A stretch of 64,000 nt of DNA. Source: Chiloscyllium plagiosum. Taxonomy: Eukaryota. Below the pieces are notes generated by a model. It was not told the DNA's origin. It ran no database searches and saw nothing but the letters and a program-made list of their open reading frames with translations. Position numbers and translations under genes: made by a program. Numbering within the stretch: position 1 is the first letter of the stretch; each line of letters starts with the position of its first letter. Shown here piece by piece: positions 13,700 to 24,929 of this stretch. The stretch spans positions 26,415,426-26,479,425 of the forward strand of contig NC_057719.1 in NCBI RefSeq assembly GCF_004010195.1, in the 5' to 3' direction.

Positions 13700-14910
13700 A
13701 TTCACATTCACCCATCTCATTTTTTTTGTAATGTTGATTAATAGAGCAAGATAGGAGTAGTGTCCATTAGGGACCAGAGCAGCAATCCGTGTGTGCAGCT
13801 GGAAGACATGGCTGAGGTTGTAAATGAAAACTTTCCATCTATACTCAATTGAAAAAGGACAATGTAAGTCTAGAATCAGGTGGGGGACTGTGATAGATTT
13901 GTACAAATTAGCATTGATAGGGAGTGTATTAGCCTATTTAACAGGTGGATAAATCCTCACACTCAGATGAGATGATTTGTGGCATGGTGGCTCAGTGGTT
14001 AGTACTGCTGCCTCACAGCACCAGAGTCCCAGGTTTGATTCCAGCCTCAGGTGACTGTCTGTGTGGAGTTTGCACATTCTCCCCATGTCTGTGTGGGTTT
14101 CCTCCCACAGTCCAAAGATGTGCAGGTCAGGTGAATTGGCTATGCTATATTGCCCATAGTGTTAGGTGCATTAGTCAGACGGAAATGGGTCTGGGTGGGT
14201 TACTCTTCGGAGGTTCAGTATGGACTTCTTGGGCCGAAGGGCCTGTTTCCACGCTGTAGGGAATCTAAGATGAGCCAATGCTGGTGTAGAGGCCAGGGAG
14301 GAGATTGTTTGTTTGTTTGGGCTCTGACATTCATTTTCAAATCCTGTCTGGTCTCAGGAGGGGTGCTGGATGACCAATGTCAGAACAGCTAATATGGTAC
14401 TATTATTCAAGAAGGGTGTTAGAAATGTGACAGACTGGTGAATCTAGTATCTGCAATAAGGAAACAATTGGAATATGTTCTGAGGTACAGAATTTATCCC
14501 TAATTGGAAAGGCAAGGATTAATCAAGAATTGTCAGTTATAGCTAGGGAAGGGGAGGTCCTGTCTTACAAATTTGATTAATATTTTGAGGAGGTGACTAG
14601 GTGTGTAGACAAGGGCAGTGCAGTTGATGTAGTTGATGTGGACTTCAGTAAGGCTTGAAGTCTCACATGGCAAACTGGTTAAGAAGAGCCCATGGGATTC
14701 ATGGCAATTTGTCAAATTGGATCCAAAATTTGCTCAGCGGCAGGAAGAGGGTGACAGTCAAAGGATGTTTTGCGACTGGAAGCTTGTGTTCAGTCTGGTA
14801 CTACAGGATTCAGATTAGTACTGGGTCCCTTGCTGTTTGTTGCATCTAATGATCTATAATGTAATAAAGATGATCATGAGTCTGTAGATGATAGGAAAAT
14901 TGGTGGTTGG
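13700..14910 (+). mobile_element. Old CR1 LINE fragment interrupted by a SINE
   Basis: Degenerate RT-region sequence (tcctgtcttacaaatttgatt..., gacttcagtaaggc...). Confidence 0.7.
13979..14268 (+). mobile_element. tRNA-derived V-SINE (HE1-like)
   Basis: A/B-box-like head, V-domain and GGGCCTGTTTCCACGCTGTAGGGAATCTAA tail. Confidence 0.88.
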
Positions 14911-15071
14911 TAAATAAAGTTGCCATAGTCCTACTGGAACATGTGGCTGCTCTGTCATTAGATAAAGATGGTGGTTTTAACCTCTGGCAAGGAGTGAGGC
15001 TGAGAAAGAGAATCCTTTATGGTAGCCTCAGCTGGTGCAGCCATTGAACCCAAACTATTGACATTATTCTG

Positions 15072-15377
15072 ATTTGGAGATGCCGGTGTTGCCCTGGGGT
15101 GTGCAAAGTTAAAAATCACAACACCAGGTTATAGTCCAACAGGTTTCATTGGAAGCACACTAGCTTTCGGAGCGTTGCTCCTTCATCAGGTGGTAGTGGA
15201 GGGCTCAATCTTAACACAGAATTTATAGCAAAAATTTACAGTGATGTAACTGAAATTATACATTGAAAAATTGATGGTTAAGTCTTTCATCTGTTTGAAT
15301 ACCATGATAGTTTCACTTCTTTCACTAGCGTGCTTCCAATTAAACCTGTTGGACTATAACCTGGTGTTGTGTGATTT
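15072..15377 (-). mobile_element. Non-autonomous Penelope-like element with a hammerhead, inverted partial pLTR and 14-bp TSD
   Basis: Flanked by identical TTGACATTATTCTG at 15058-15071 and 15378-15391. Internal inverted repeat 15111-15163 vs 15323-15379. Hammerhead core at 15158-15192(-). Confidence 0.8.
15158..15192 (-). ncRNA. Minimal type-I hammerhead ribozyme motif
   Basis: Minus strand: CAC-CUGAUGA-A-GGAGC-aac-GCUCC-GAAA-GC-UA-GUG. Complete core, 5-bp helix II, 3-bp helix I, palindromic AGCU in place of helix III. Confidence 0.75.
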
Positions 15378-15630
15378 TTGACATTATTCTGTGTTGCAAA
15401 CCAGCTAATCATCCAGAGAGAGTTTGGGTGTCTTGGGACTCACTGCCTACAACAGTTGAAGAAGCAGAAACGCTCAACACATTTGAAATATTTAGATGAG
15501 CACCTCAAATGTCGTATTATATAAGGCTGTGCTCAAAATGCTGGGAAATGGGATAAGAGTAAATGAATGTTTGATGACCGGTGCAAACACAATAAAGCGA
15601 AGGGTCTCTTTTCGGAGCTGTATGACTCGA

Positions 15631-15855
15631 GATATCGGCCAGGACAATGCCCTTGCTATTCCTTGAATAGTGCCATGCTCCTTTTAATACTCAGCTGAGC
15701 GGACGGATGGAAATTCAGTTTCACATCTAATTCCGAAAGGACAGTGTGGCACTCCCTCAGTACAGACCATCAAACCCTGATTCACCTTTTCCCCGCACTC
15801 AAGTCCCTGGAAAGGGAACAGACTTTGCGAGTCAAGAGGCAGCAGACAGACACAG
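15631..15855 (-). mobile_element. Deu-domain SINE remnant (SacSINE1/AmnSINE-related)
   Basis: The reverse complement contains CATGGCACTATTCAAGGAATAGCAAGGGCATTGTCCTGGCCGATAT, resembling the Deu central domain as I recall it. Related to 39985-40390. Confidence 0.55.
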
Positions 15856-16033
15856 ATGAAATCCTTTTGCACCATTTACTCAGTGACTTCCCTCACTCGA
15901 GTTGACAGGCTCTCAGCTTTGTTTTGCTTTCGGAAGCCGTCGGTCATTCCTTCCCCTTTTGTTGTTGATGTCGTTACTTCAGCCGCTGACTTTTGCAGCG
16001 GGGGCGGGGGAGAGTCAAAGGCTCTCCCTATCT

Positions 16034-16057
16034 CGCGCGCGCGCGCGCGCGCGCGCG
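16034..16057. repeat. (CG)12 dinucleotide microsatellite
   Basis: 24 nt of uninterrupted alternating CG read directly. Confidence 0.95.
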
Positions 16058-16428
16058 GTGGGGGAGGCTGAAGGGGGGGCTGCGCGCGCCACCATACTCG
16101 CGCCAACGCGCCTGACGAGCAGGCGCACCCCCGAGAGTCGAGCGGGAAGGGCGGGCGCGAGCCCGTCGAGACTGCCGTCCCCTCCCCTCCCCCTTCCTCA
16201 GCAATATAACACACACCCCCCTCCTCCTCAAACCTCACTCTGAGCTCAGATACAGTGAGGAAAAAAAAAGGAGGAACGAAAATCCTGACGGAGCTCCGCA
16301 ACTGAATCCGACCGGAGAAGTTTCTGGAAGCCGGGTGGATCGGACAGACCGGGCTCCCGTAGGGGCTGGGGCGGGGGGAGGAGGAGGAAGAGGAAGAAGA
16401 AGAGGGGGGCGAGCCGCCGACCGTTGAG

Positions 16429-17133
16429 ATGGGGCTGATGGCGGGCGGTTGGCGGCGCCTGTTCCGCTATCTGAACCACCCCGACCAAGTGGCCCGCTTC
16501 CAGCAGCTGTGCGGCGTGCAGCCCGTCCCCACCGCGCCCCCGCCGCCTCAGGCTAACGGCGACTGCCGGCCTCCCGCCGGCAACCAAAGCGGCGCCACGC
16601 ACCGCCGCGGCGGCGGGGAGCAGCCGCCCTCCCCTCACCTGGACTGCGGCAAGAGGAACGGCGTCGCCTGCCCGCCCCGGGAGAGCAAAGTGAAGCAGCA
16701 GCAGCAGCAGGAGGAGGAGGTGGTGGCGGGGGCGGCCGCCGATCCGGCCACCGGCAAGAAACAACCCAGGCGGAGGAACTCCCTGAACGAGGAGGCGGGG
16801 GGCACCGAGTTCATCATCCGCAACCGGCTGCTCTATTACCTGTTCAGCTTCGGCACGGAGCTGGGCAACGAGCTCTTCTACATCACCTTCTTCCCCTTCT
16901 GGCTGTGGAACATCGACCCATACGTGGGCCGCCGGCTGATCGTGATCTGGGTGTGGGTCATGTACCTGGGCCAATGCACCAAGGACATCATCCGCTGGCC
17001 CAGGCCCCGTTCCCCTCCCGTGGTCAAGGTGGAGGTCTTCTACGACTCTGAGTACGGGATGCCGTCCACACACGCCATGTCGGGCACTGCCATCCCCTTC
17101 TCGCTCTTCTTCCTCACCGTCGGCCGGTGGCAG
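16429..17133 (+). CDS. SGPP1: Sphingosine-1-phosphate phosphatase 1, coding exon 1 (235 codons)
   Basis: ATG in strong context (gagATGg). Translation gives ...[10 protein letters not shown]...RRNSL...[53 protein letters not shown]...[17 protein letters not shown]...GRWQ, matching vertebrate SGPP1 as I recall it. It contains the PAP2-family C1 motif (KxxxxxxRP) and C2 motif (PSTH). Donor CAG|GTAATG at 17133/17134, phase 0; the ORF-track extension to 17571 is intron read-through. Confidence 0.96.
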
Positions 17134-18869
17134 GTAATGTGGACTTTTTTCCTCCCCTGTCCTGAAAAAGGACCATTAACTCTGCTTTCTCTTCGCAGAT
17201 GCTGCCCTGTGGAACTGAGTTTCTCCAGCTTGGGTTGTTTTTTTTTTTTTGCTTGTTTTTTGGTTCCTTTCTTCAAAATTCAGTTTGTGGTCCAACTGTT
17301 GGGTTTTTTTAAAAAAAAAGTTGTTTCTCGCTCTTCCGGGATCTGTTACGGCGGATCAGAGTTGAGGTTCGGGGAGGGGGACGGTTATTCGATTTTTATT
17401 CTTCCTGTCCATTGTGTTGCAACTCCGTTTTTTTTATTAATTTTAATTGCATGGCAGCTGAGTGATTTTCACGTGTTCACTTATTCTATATTACCTGACT
17501 TGAGAGGGGCGGGGGGAGGTTTGGGCAGCTTTGCAATGTGTTTTAGGAAAGGCGAAAGAGTTCTCGGCTGACGTGAAGTGGGATTGTTTGGCATTTGAAA
17601 CTTGCAAATGTTTGAATTGCAACAAAGAAACAAACGCACCTTTCGGCTAATGCTTGTGGATCACTTGCCTTCATGAGCTGTGGCAGTGAACGATGAAATT
17701 TTAGGTCAGCAAAGCTAACGAGAGCGTGTTTTTTTCGAGCAGTTCACACGACTGTAAGCATTTACAAAATAAGTACATTTTGCTTTGACTTAAGCCGTTA
17801 CACGCTCTAACTATGGCTATAAAATTAGAGCTAGTAAACATAAACTCTCCCTCTATTACAAAAAGAAAATATGTGGGGTGCATTTCAGTTCTAGAGAAGT
17901 TGTATTGGATTGTAAATGTTTAACTGTTTCTGCCTTCAGCGCTTAGTTTTAATTTATATCGTTGTCTGAATTCCCTTTTTTTTGCCCAAGGTCTCTTGCA
18001 CATAATTACAAGTAACCGTATCATTCTTTATAGAACTTTTTGGGTTTCAATCAGTTTTTAAAAAAATCATCGTGCTGTAAAACTCTTTAAAGCAGAGTGT
18101 AGAAATAAATGTAATACAGTTCATGTCAGTTCTGATGAAGCATCCTCTAGGTTTGAAATGTTAAATTGCTTTCTCTGTTGGATGTTGCCTGACCTCCTGT
18201 GATCGTCAGCTTTTCTTTTTCAGTAGAAACAGATGTGTTGGATGTTATTTCAAGTTAGGTTATCTATTTTGTTAGTGTATATAGCTGCTCTTAAGTAAAA
18301 TGAAGTAAGCAATATTCTTTCTACAGTGCCATAAAGACTGAGATTTTCCAGGGGTTTGTATCTTCACCTCTTTAATGAAACTTGGTACTGTAGTGTGTTT
18401 GACATAACTTTGGACAAATCTCAACTGCTGACTTTAGTTTTAGTTAAAAGTATAGATAGAGCTAAAATTTACATTGTAATTTTCATCCATGTTCTTGCTT
18501 GTAAATCAGAAGATCCTACTTCAGAACTCCATGGATAAGGAGACTAGAATCTGTAAAGCTGAGCACAGATGATTGCATGCTTGAGGGTACACACTGCACT
18601 GGGAGCTGCTTGCAAAACAGTGCAGCTTTTTGAGAGCAGCTCATCCGGTGTTCCCTGTGAGCATTGAAAGCAATTAAATGCATCCTATGATGTGGTACCT
18701 CTTTACAAAAAAATGGATTGTGGGTTCATTCAGTGACTTTACAAGTCATTTTCAAAAGACTAAGCATTCATTTGCAAGGTAGGCTTTGCATTGCTCGTGT
18801 TCACAGCACAACTGAAATTGGAAATTTGGAGTGCTTGAGACTGTGTTCCTGTATTTGATGTAGATGTAG

Positions 18870-19550
18870 AAGTAGACCACTGAATCCACTCCCAGCATTC
18901 AATAAGATTATAGCTGATCTGATCATCTAAATTCCACTTTCTTGCCTTTCCTCATACCCCTTTATTAAAAATCTGCCTATCACAGTCTTGAATTTACTTG
19001 AAGACTCAGCTGCAACAGCCCCCTATGATAAAGACTTCCACAGATTCACTACCCTCTGAGAAATGGAATTCTTTCTCATCTGTCTCAAAGGTGCAAACCC
19101 CATATTGAGATTTATACCCTCCTCCTCCACTTTCCCACAAGGGGGAAAATTGCCTTTCCAATCTACCTTGTCAAGTCCCTTAAGAATCTCGTGAGTTTCA
19201 ATAAGAGTACCTGGCATGCTTTTGAATTCCAATGAGTACAGGCCCAACATACTCCACCTCTTAGCATTAGACAGCCCCTCAATACCCTGTCAGCCTAGTG
19301 AACCACCTTTGGTGTATCTGCCTTTTTAAGATAAAGGGCCCAAAACAATTCATTATATCCCAAGTGTGGTCTGACTAGGACCTTGTATAGTTTAAGCAGA
19401 ACCTCTTAATTTTATTCTGTCCTATTTGCCCTCTCCATTACCCAATGAGTTTGGATGTTAGGTTTTGGTGATTCATGAATAAAAACGCACAAATCCCACT
19501 GTTCTGTTACTTTCTGCAGCATTTCTCCATTTAAATAATATTCAATTCCT
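18870..19550 (-). mobile_element. CR1 LINE 3' fragment
   Basis: ORF 19023-19250 LGLYSLEF..LIET..ILKGLD..QRVVNLW; ORF 19412-19648 EYYLNGEMLQ. Confidence 0.85.
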
Positions 19551-20690
19551 AAAAACCTACAGACAAACCAACGGAACACACATGGGATCTTAGCAGAGGT
19601 AGTAATGCAGAGACTTGAACCAACAACTCTGTCAACCATCCAACCCAAACTTTGGGTCTGTTACATGGATGACACCTTTGTCACTACTAAATAAATTAGA
19701 GGAAACCTTCAACGCCATCAATAATACCCTTACTGGCATAAAATTCATTAAAGAGGAGGAAAACAACAAACTGCCATTCCTACATGTCACAGTAAAGCAA
19801 ACAGCCAGTGGGAACTTCAAACCAGTGTCTTCAGGAAAACAACACATACGGACCAAATATGGAATTACAGAAGCAATCACTCCAACATCCACAAACTAAA
19901 CTGCATCAGAACATAATTTCAACGAGCCAACACACACTGCAGCACAGAGGTCCTATACCGAGCAGAGGAAAACTACCTATACAGTGTATTCAAAATGAAT
20001 GGGTACCCAATGAACTCAGTTTGCCTTTTTTCAGCAACAAACCCAAACAAGCAAACAAAACACATCCAGAAACCCTAGCCAATCTCCCCTAAATCAAAGA
20101 CCTCTCAGAAATGACTGCCAGACTACTCAGACCCCTTGGCATCATGGTAGCCCACCAACGCATGAAAACATCCTATACAGATAACAAGCAAAACTGATGT
20201 CATTTACAAAGTACCGTGCAAGGACTGTAACAAACACTACATTGGACAAATAGGCAGAAAACTAGCCACCAGGATATATGAACATCAACTAGCCATAAAG
20301 ACATGATCCTTTCTCACTAGTAGCCTCACATATGGATGAGGAAGAACACCACTTCGACTGGGCCAACACATCCATCCTAGGCCCAGTGAATTTTATGCCA
20401 GTAAGGGTATTATTGATGGCGTTGAAGGGCACACGCACGAGAATTCCTAGAAACATAGAGTTCCAGTTGGAATGCCATCAACAAACACCTCGAGTTAGAA
20501 CCCATCTACTAATCCCTGAAAAAGGAACAGGAAGTGACTTCACAGGAAATGACATCACCAACCCAAACATATAAACAGAAAGCAGGAATTTTCAGCATTG
20601 TTTCGCCTGAGGCCAACAGAAGATGTTACCTAGTAGGGTGACGCAATGTCTGGAAATGAACCTTCAAGCTGAGCAAACCTACATCAAATT
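19551..20690 (+). mobile_element. Penelope-like element: RT C-terminal part, GIY-YIG endonuclease and pLTR
   Basis: Frameshifted translation: TYRQTNGT.MG, LAEVVMQRLE, IQPKLWVCYMDDTFV, EENNKLPFL, and VIYKVPCKDCNKHYIGQIGRKLATRIYEH (GIY-YIG). Decayed hammerhead near 20613-20653. Confidence 0.92.
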
Positions 20691-20943
20691 CCTTTCCCTT
20701 CCACCAGCATTGGTCTGGAGATGCAGCAATCTTCCAAACTCCTCTTAATTTTAAAAAAGAAAGGGAATGATAAAAGTCCCAAGTATTCAAGCATAGGAGT
20801 ATGAAATTTAGGATGTATCTAAACTTTTTTACTTTTTTTTTCACAAAAACCCTTTAAGGTTTCCACTTCATGCTTTCGATGTCCAAGTTAATTGACAAAC
20901 TAATATTGAATTCCTGCATAAACACATTGATTTTTCACCCCTT

Positions 20944-21247
20944 GGGTTGGCACAGTGGCTCAATGGTTCGCACTGCTGCCTCACAGCACCAGGGACCCAG
21001 GTTCAACTCTCACCTCTGGCAACTGTCTGTGGAGTTTGCACATTCTCCCTGTGTCTGCGTGGATTTCCTCCGGGTGCTCTGGTTTCCTCCCACAGTCCAA
21101 AGATGTGCAGGTTAGCTGAATTGGCTAGGCTAAATTGCCTGTAGTGTTAGGTGTCGGGGAATGGGTCTGGGTGGGTTGCTCTTCAGATGGTCGGTGTGGA
21201 CTTGTTGGGCTGAAGGGCCTATTGCCACACTGTAGGGAACCTAATCT
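20944..21247 (+). mobile_element. tRNA-derived V-SINE (HE1-like)
   Basis: Head, V-domain and tail as in the other copies. Confidence 0.88.
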
Positions 21248-22049
21248 TTTCTGGTCTTCGTTGCAATTTTTGTTTTTTTGTTTTTAAAGCAACGCATTCT
21301 CACTTCACTCCTTCTGTGGGAGTCTTAGATAAAAAACATTTGGGTGAAAGATTTTGAGTATAACAAGATTACTACTTGGTGCTATTGCCATGGTGCCTAC
21401 AGAAGGGAAGACAGCAGTTAGTGAAGCTAGTGCCAGGTAGGTGAATATATATGCATCGGAATTTGGTTCTCCAAATTCAAGTAGATTATTTTGAAACTTT
21501 ATTTAAAGAAAAGGTTCTCTTGACTTTTTTTGTCATTGCATTGGCTGCAAAAGAAAGTGGAGCAGCAGTGACCATTCCTCTGGGTCTGCAGTATGACAGG
21601 AACTTGCTTTGTACATGTCAGCCTAAAGTTGGACTGATTCATGCTCCTTGTCAGTGATAGGAGGCTGTCTCTCAGGCCCACAATGCAGTCAACATCTCTG
21701 CTTGCCCATCAGCAATCTCTTCGCCCTACCCCATTGATATTATTCCAAGCCCTGATGTGGCCCAGCTACGTCTGCTGATTTGTGTACTACCTTGTAAAGT
21801 ATATGAAGTAGCAGACTCTAAACTCGTGGCTGTGAATGTCAAATCAAATTACAGCATTCCTGTGGCTGATCAGACTGCAGTTTCTAACTGTCTAGCTGAA
21901 AGTGGAACATCAGGAGGGAAGGGTGTTGGGCAACAAAGCACCAATTCAAATGGTGACACCATCTGCAGTTTGCACAATATGCCAGAAAACCGCTTGAAGG
22001 TGAGCTGCTTGTTGAGGGAAATAAGATCTGTCTATCTAGGTCATGATCC

Positions 22050-23110
22050 AGTCTTGACAGCACTCTGAGGTAAAGGAGTCCACAGATTGATAATCCTGAG
22101 TGAAGAAATTCTTCCTCATCTGTATTAAATGACTATTTTGAATAGTTTGAGATTATGCCTTCTGCTTCTAATTCTTAAAGGATTTTTAAAATATATCTAC
22201 CATTTCATATCCTTTGTTTCAATAAGGTGTTTTGTTCTTTGAGACTTTGAATATAAGCCAACTACTCTAACTCTCCTCCTAGACCTAGAATCAAACTCCA
22301 AATCATCTGTGGATTGCCTACAACTCCCAAAAGGTCAGCTGTTCTTCATCTGCATGTCTGAAAACCAAAAGGACCGGAAACTCCAAGTCTTTGAGAACAG
22401 ACCCGTAGATATGCTGAGTTTGGGCCCTCTGGGAAGTTCACTGTTCAAGTCTGATAGGGCCACGCAAAAGGACCTATGGAGCTGTATATCAGCAAATGTC
22501 CTTTACCTCGACCAATTGGTCCCAAGATTTCTAGGTAAAGGATTCCTGATCAGTGTATAATTCCTTTGGTATAGGGGCCAAAGCAGTTCACTGTAGTCCG
22601 TCTATGATCTGATTAATGCCTTTATGCTTGTAGCAAGATTTCCGTACTTTTATACTCCATTCCCTTTGAAATAATGGTCATCAATCCATTTGCCTTATCT
22701 ATTACTAGCTGAATTTGGACTCTGGCTTTCTGTGATTTCTTCACTTTAGTCCTCCAGATCTCTGTTCACATTTCAATAGTTTCCCCCCTCTCCAATCTAA
22801 GTCCTATCTGGTTCTTCTGTTCTTCCTGGTAAAAGTGCTGAACCTCGTGGGAGACTATGGCTACATGGCATAATCTCAAGGGATTGCTCATTTAAAACCA
22901 TTGAGGGATTCCTTTCATTGAGGATAGTGAATCTGTAATTCTTGGCTACAGAAGACTATCAAGGCTGGGTCATGAAGTATAATCAAAACTGAAAAATTTT
23001 GGTTAGGGCAATCCTGGATTGGGGACTAAATTCAGGAAAGTGAAAGTCAGGATTATCAGGTCAGCCATGATCATATTGGCAAAGCAGATTCAATGGGTTT
23101 TATGGTATGA
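22050..23110. mobile_element. Old CR1 fragments (minus strand ~22050-22850, plus-strand tail ~22850-23110)
   Basis: Degenerate similarity to the CR1 3' regions elsewhere in the window. Confidence 0.55.
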
Positions 23111-24929
23111 TGGCTTAAAGAGGTGTATTTTTTTTTTCTTTTTTTTGTATAAAGAGGTTGAGACAGTTGCAGAGTGGTTTTTTTTAAAAAAAGTTGGAAC
23201 ATAGAGGCAGCCTTAAATGGGTGGGGTCAAGTTCCCCTAGTCTTCGAGCTGGATGCAGAAGCTCTCATTCTTCGGTCTGTTGCAGTGGACAGTTGGGTTC
23301 TCTCCCTGCTGCTGGAATTGCATTTCAGCTTACCAAGGATGTGTTTATCAAATATTACTATATTAATGGTTAATACTAATTAACTGTTCTAATACTACTT
23401 GTGCTTAACATTATCTTGTTAAGCATTTTAATAGAATTACATGCAAGCCAGTTTTATTTTGACTACTTTAATGTACATTTTAGTAATTTCACCAATTTAA
23501 TTGCATCTTACAATTTTTCTTTAAAAATAAGTTAGGGTTTTGGCTATCTAGTTTTAAAGGGGTTTGGTCTAGTCATAATCTACGACCACCTTCAGTTCTG
23601 ACATCATACGGCCTTAATCTTGTAATTTTGGCTACAGCATTAATCCCTCTGTAACCTTAGGAGATGTAATCGTCCTCGTCCGTTCTGCTTCTGCACTATT
23701 CTATGCCACATCGTCATAGAAAAAGAAAGAAGATTGTTAGTAATTATTGGGTGATACTGCACCCAATATCTATAGCAGTATGGATATTGAATGATATTTT
23801 AGTAATTTCTCTGAGCAAATTATAGAGCGAACTTTTATTGCAAATGAAATGGATTGTATTTGTCCTCTTTAAAGTGTTGAGAAGTGAAAGTGTTATTGTA
23901 AACTCACTTTATTTTTTTAAAGTTGAAATTCCTCTGTGGTTTTTCTTCTGACAGAAGCCCATAGATAAAATAATTTTTTGATGCCTTTAGTGTATATGAC
24001 AGAATAAACTGGTGGGCCTGTCTGATTAGCAATCACCTCATTTTTATGCTATGACTAGAACCATTGCTTCTCAACTGGAAGAATGATCTGGCACTGCATG
24101 TTTTGAGAATGTGTGCAAAAACCTCTTTACTATCAGAACTCTAAGTGTGGTTTAATTCATTGAGCTAAGGCTAATCAAACACTCTGCAATATTTGCTTAA
24201 TTTAACTTCATCTCTAGCAATTGGGGCTAATCTACTTGAATCTTTTTATTTTGGAATTTACTGGATTTTAGTCAAGCTTTGTCAGATATTATTGTATTAT
24301 CAATAAAGAGGAAGCTACTTGAAGCTAAGTTTGAATATTGTAATTGTGTTGTTGGTGTGTGTTACGTTTCTGATCAAAACTGTTTGTTTCTAGGTTTCCA
24401 ATGCTAGCCATACTTTCACTATTTAAGAGTATCAACAAGGTGATATCTCTGGGGGATATGACTTCTGTTTTTGAATTTCCCGTGTGGCAACGTATTCAAA
24501 TCTGGAATAGCACTTGTAAATTTCGCCATCAGATTTATTGCACTTTATGTAGAATGACATCTGTTCTTTTGAGTATAGTTTTCAAACATGTTTGTTCTCT
24601 TTTCCATCTCCAATGAACAATACTCAGAGGTGTGGCACTTAGTCTCGAACTGCCTGCCAATGCGTAGCCCGATGAAAGATGACTATGTGGTGTCTCCATT
24701 GTACCCTATCTTGCCTATCATTGTCCTTGTAGATAGCTGTGTACTTTTTTGGAGTCACCAGATAATGATCGGAAGTAATTGTTTGCTGCTTTCTTTTTCC
24801 TGAACTGTGGATGCTAATATCAAATGTAGAGGCTCTAGGTAGAATGAGCAAACTGACTACACCACAGTGGTGCAAGGAGCCATTCAAGTGGAGGCGAGAA
24901 GAGAAGAGAACTGTAGTTGTAATCAGACA

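Larger units (their letters stand above)
15900..17400 (+). promoter_or_regulatory. CpG island / GC-rich promoter and 5' end of SGPP1
   Basis: Sharp rise in GC and CpG against a CpG-depleted background. GC boxes GGGGCGGGG at 16001-16009 and 16368-16376; (CG)12 at 16034-16057. The TSS cannot be determined from sequence. Confidence 0.85.

Noticed and set aside
16202..16209. TATA-like CAATATAA
   Set aside because: Weak match inside a CpG-island promoter, with no TSS evidence.
16246..17073. 275-aa minus-strand ORF (and other GC-rich ORFs at 15856-16301)
   Set aside because: Antisense shadow of the GC3-rich SGPP1 exon and CpG island; low-complexity translation with no recognisable domain.
17134..17571. 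C-terminal extension of the 380-aa ORF
   Set aside because: Lies past the canonical donor at 17134. Homology stops at GRWQ and resumes in exon 2; the extension is translated T- and A-runs.
22309..22560. 83-aa ORF in a segment interrupting a CR1
   Set aside because: No recognisable homology or splice structure; could not be supported as coding.
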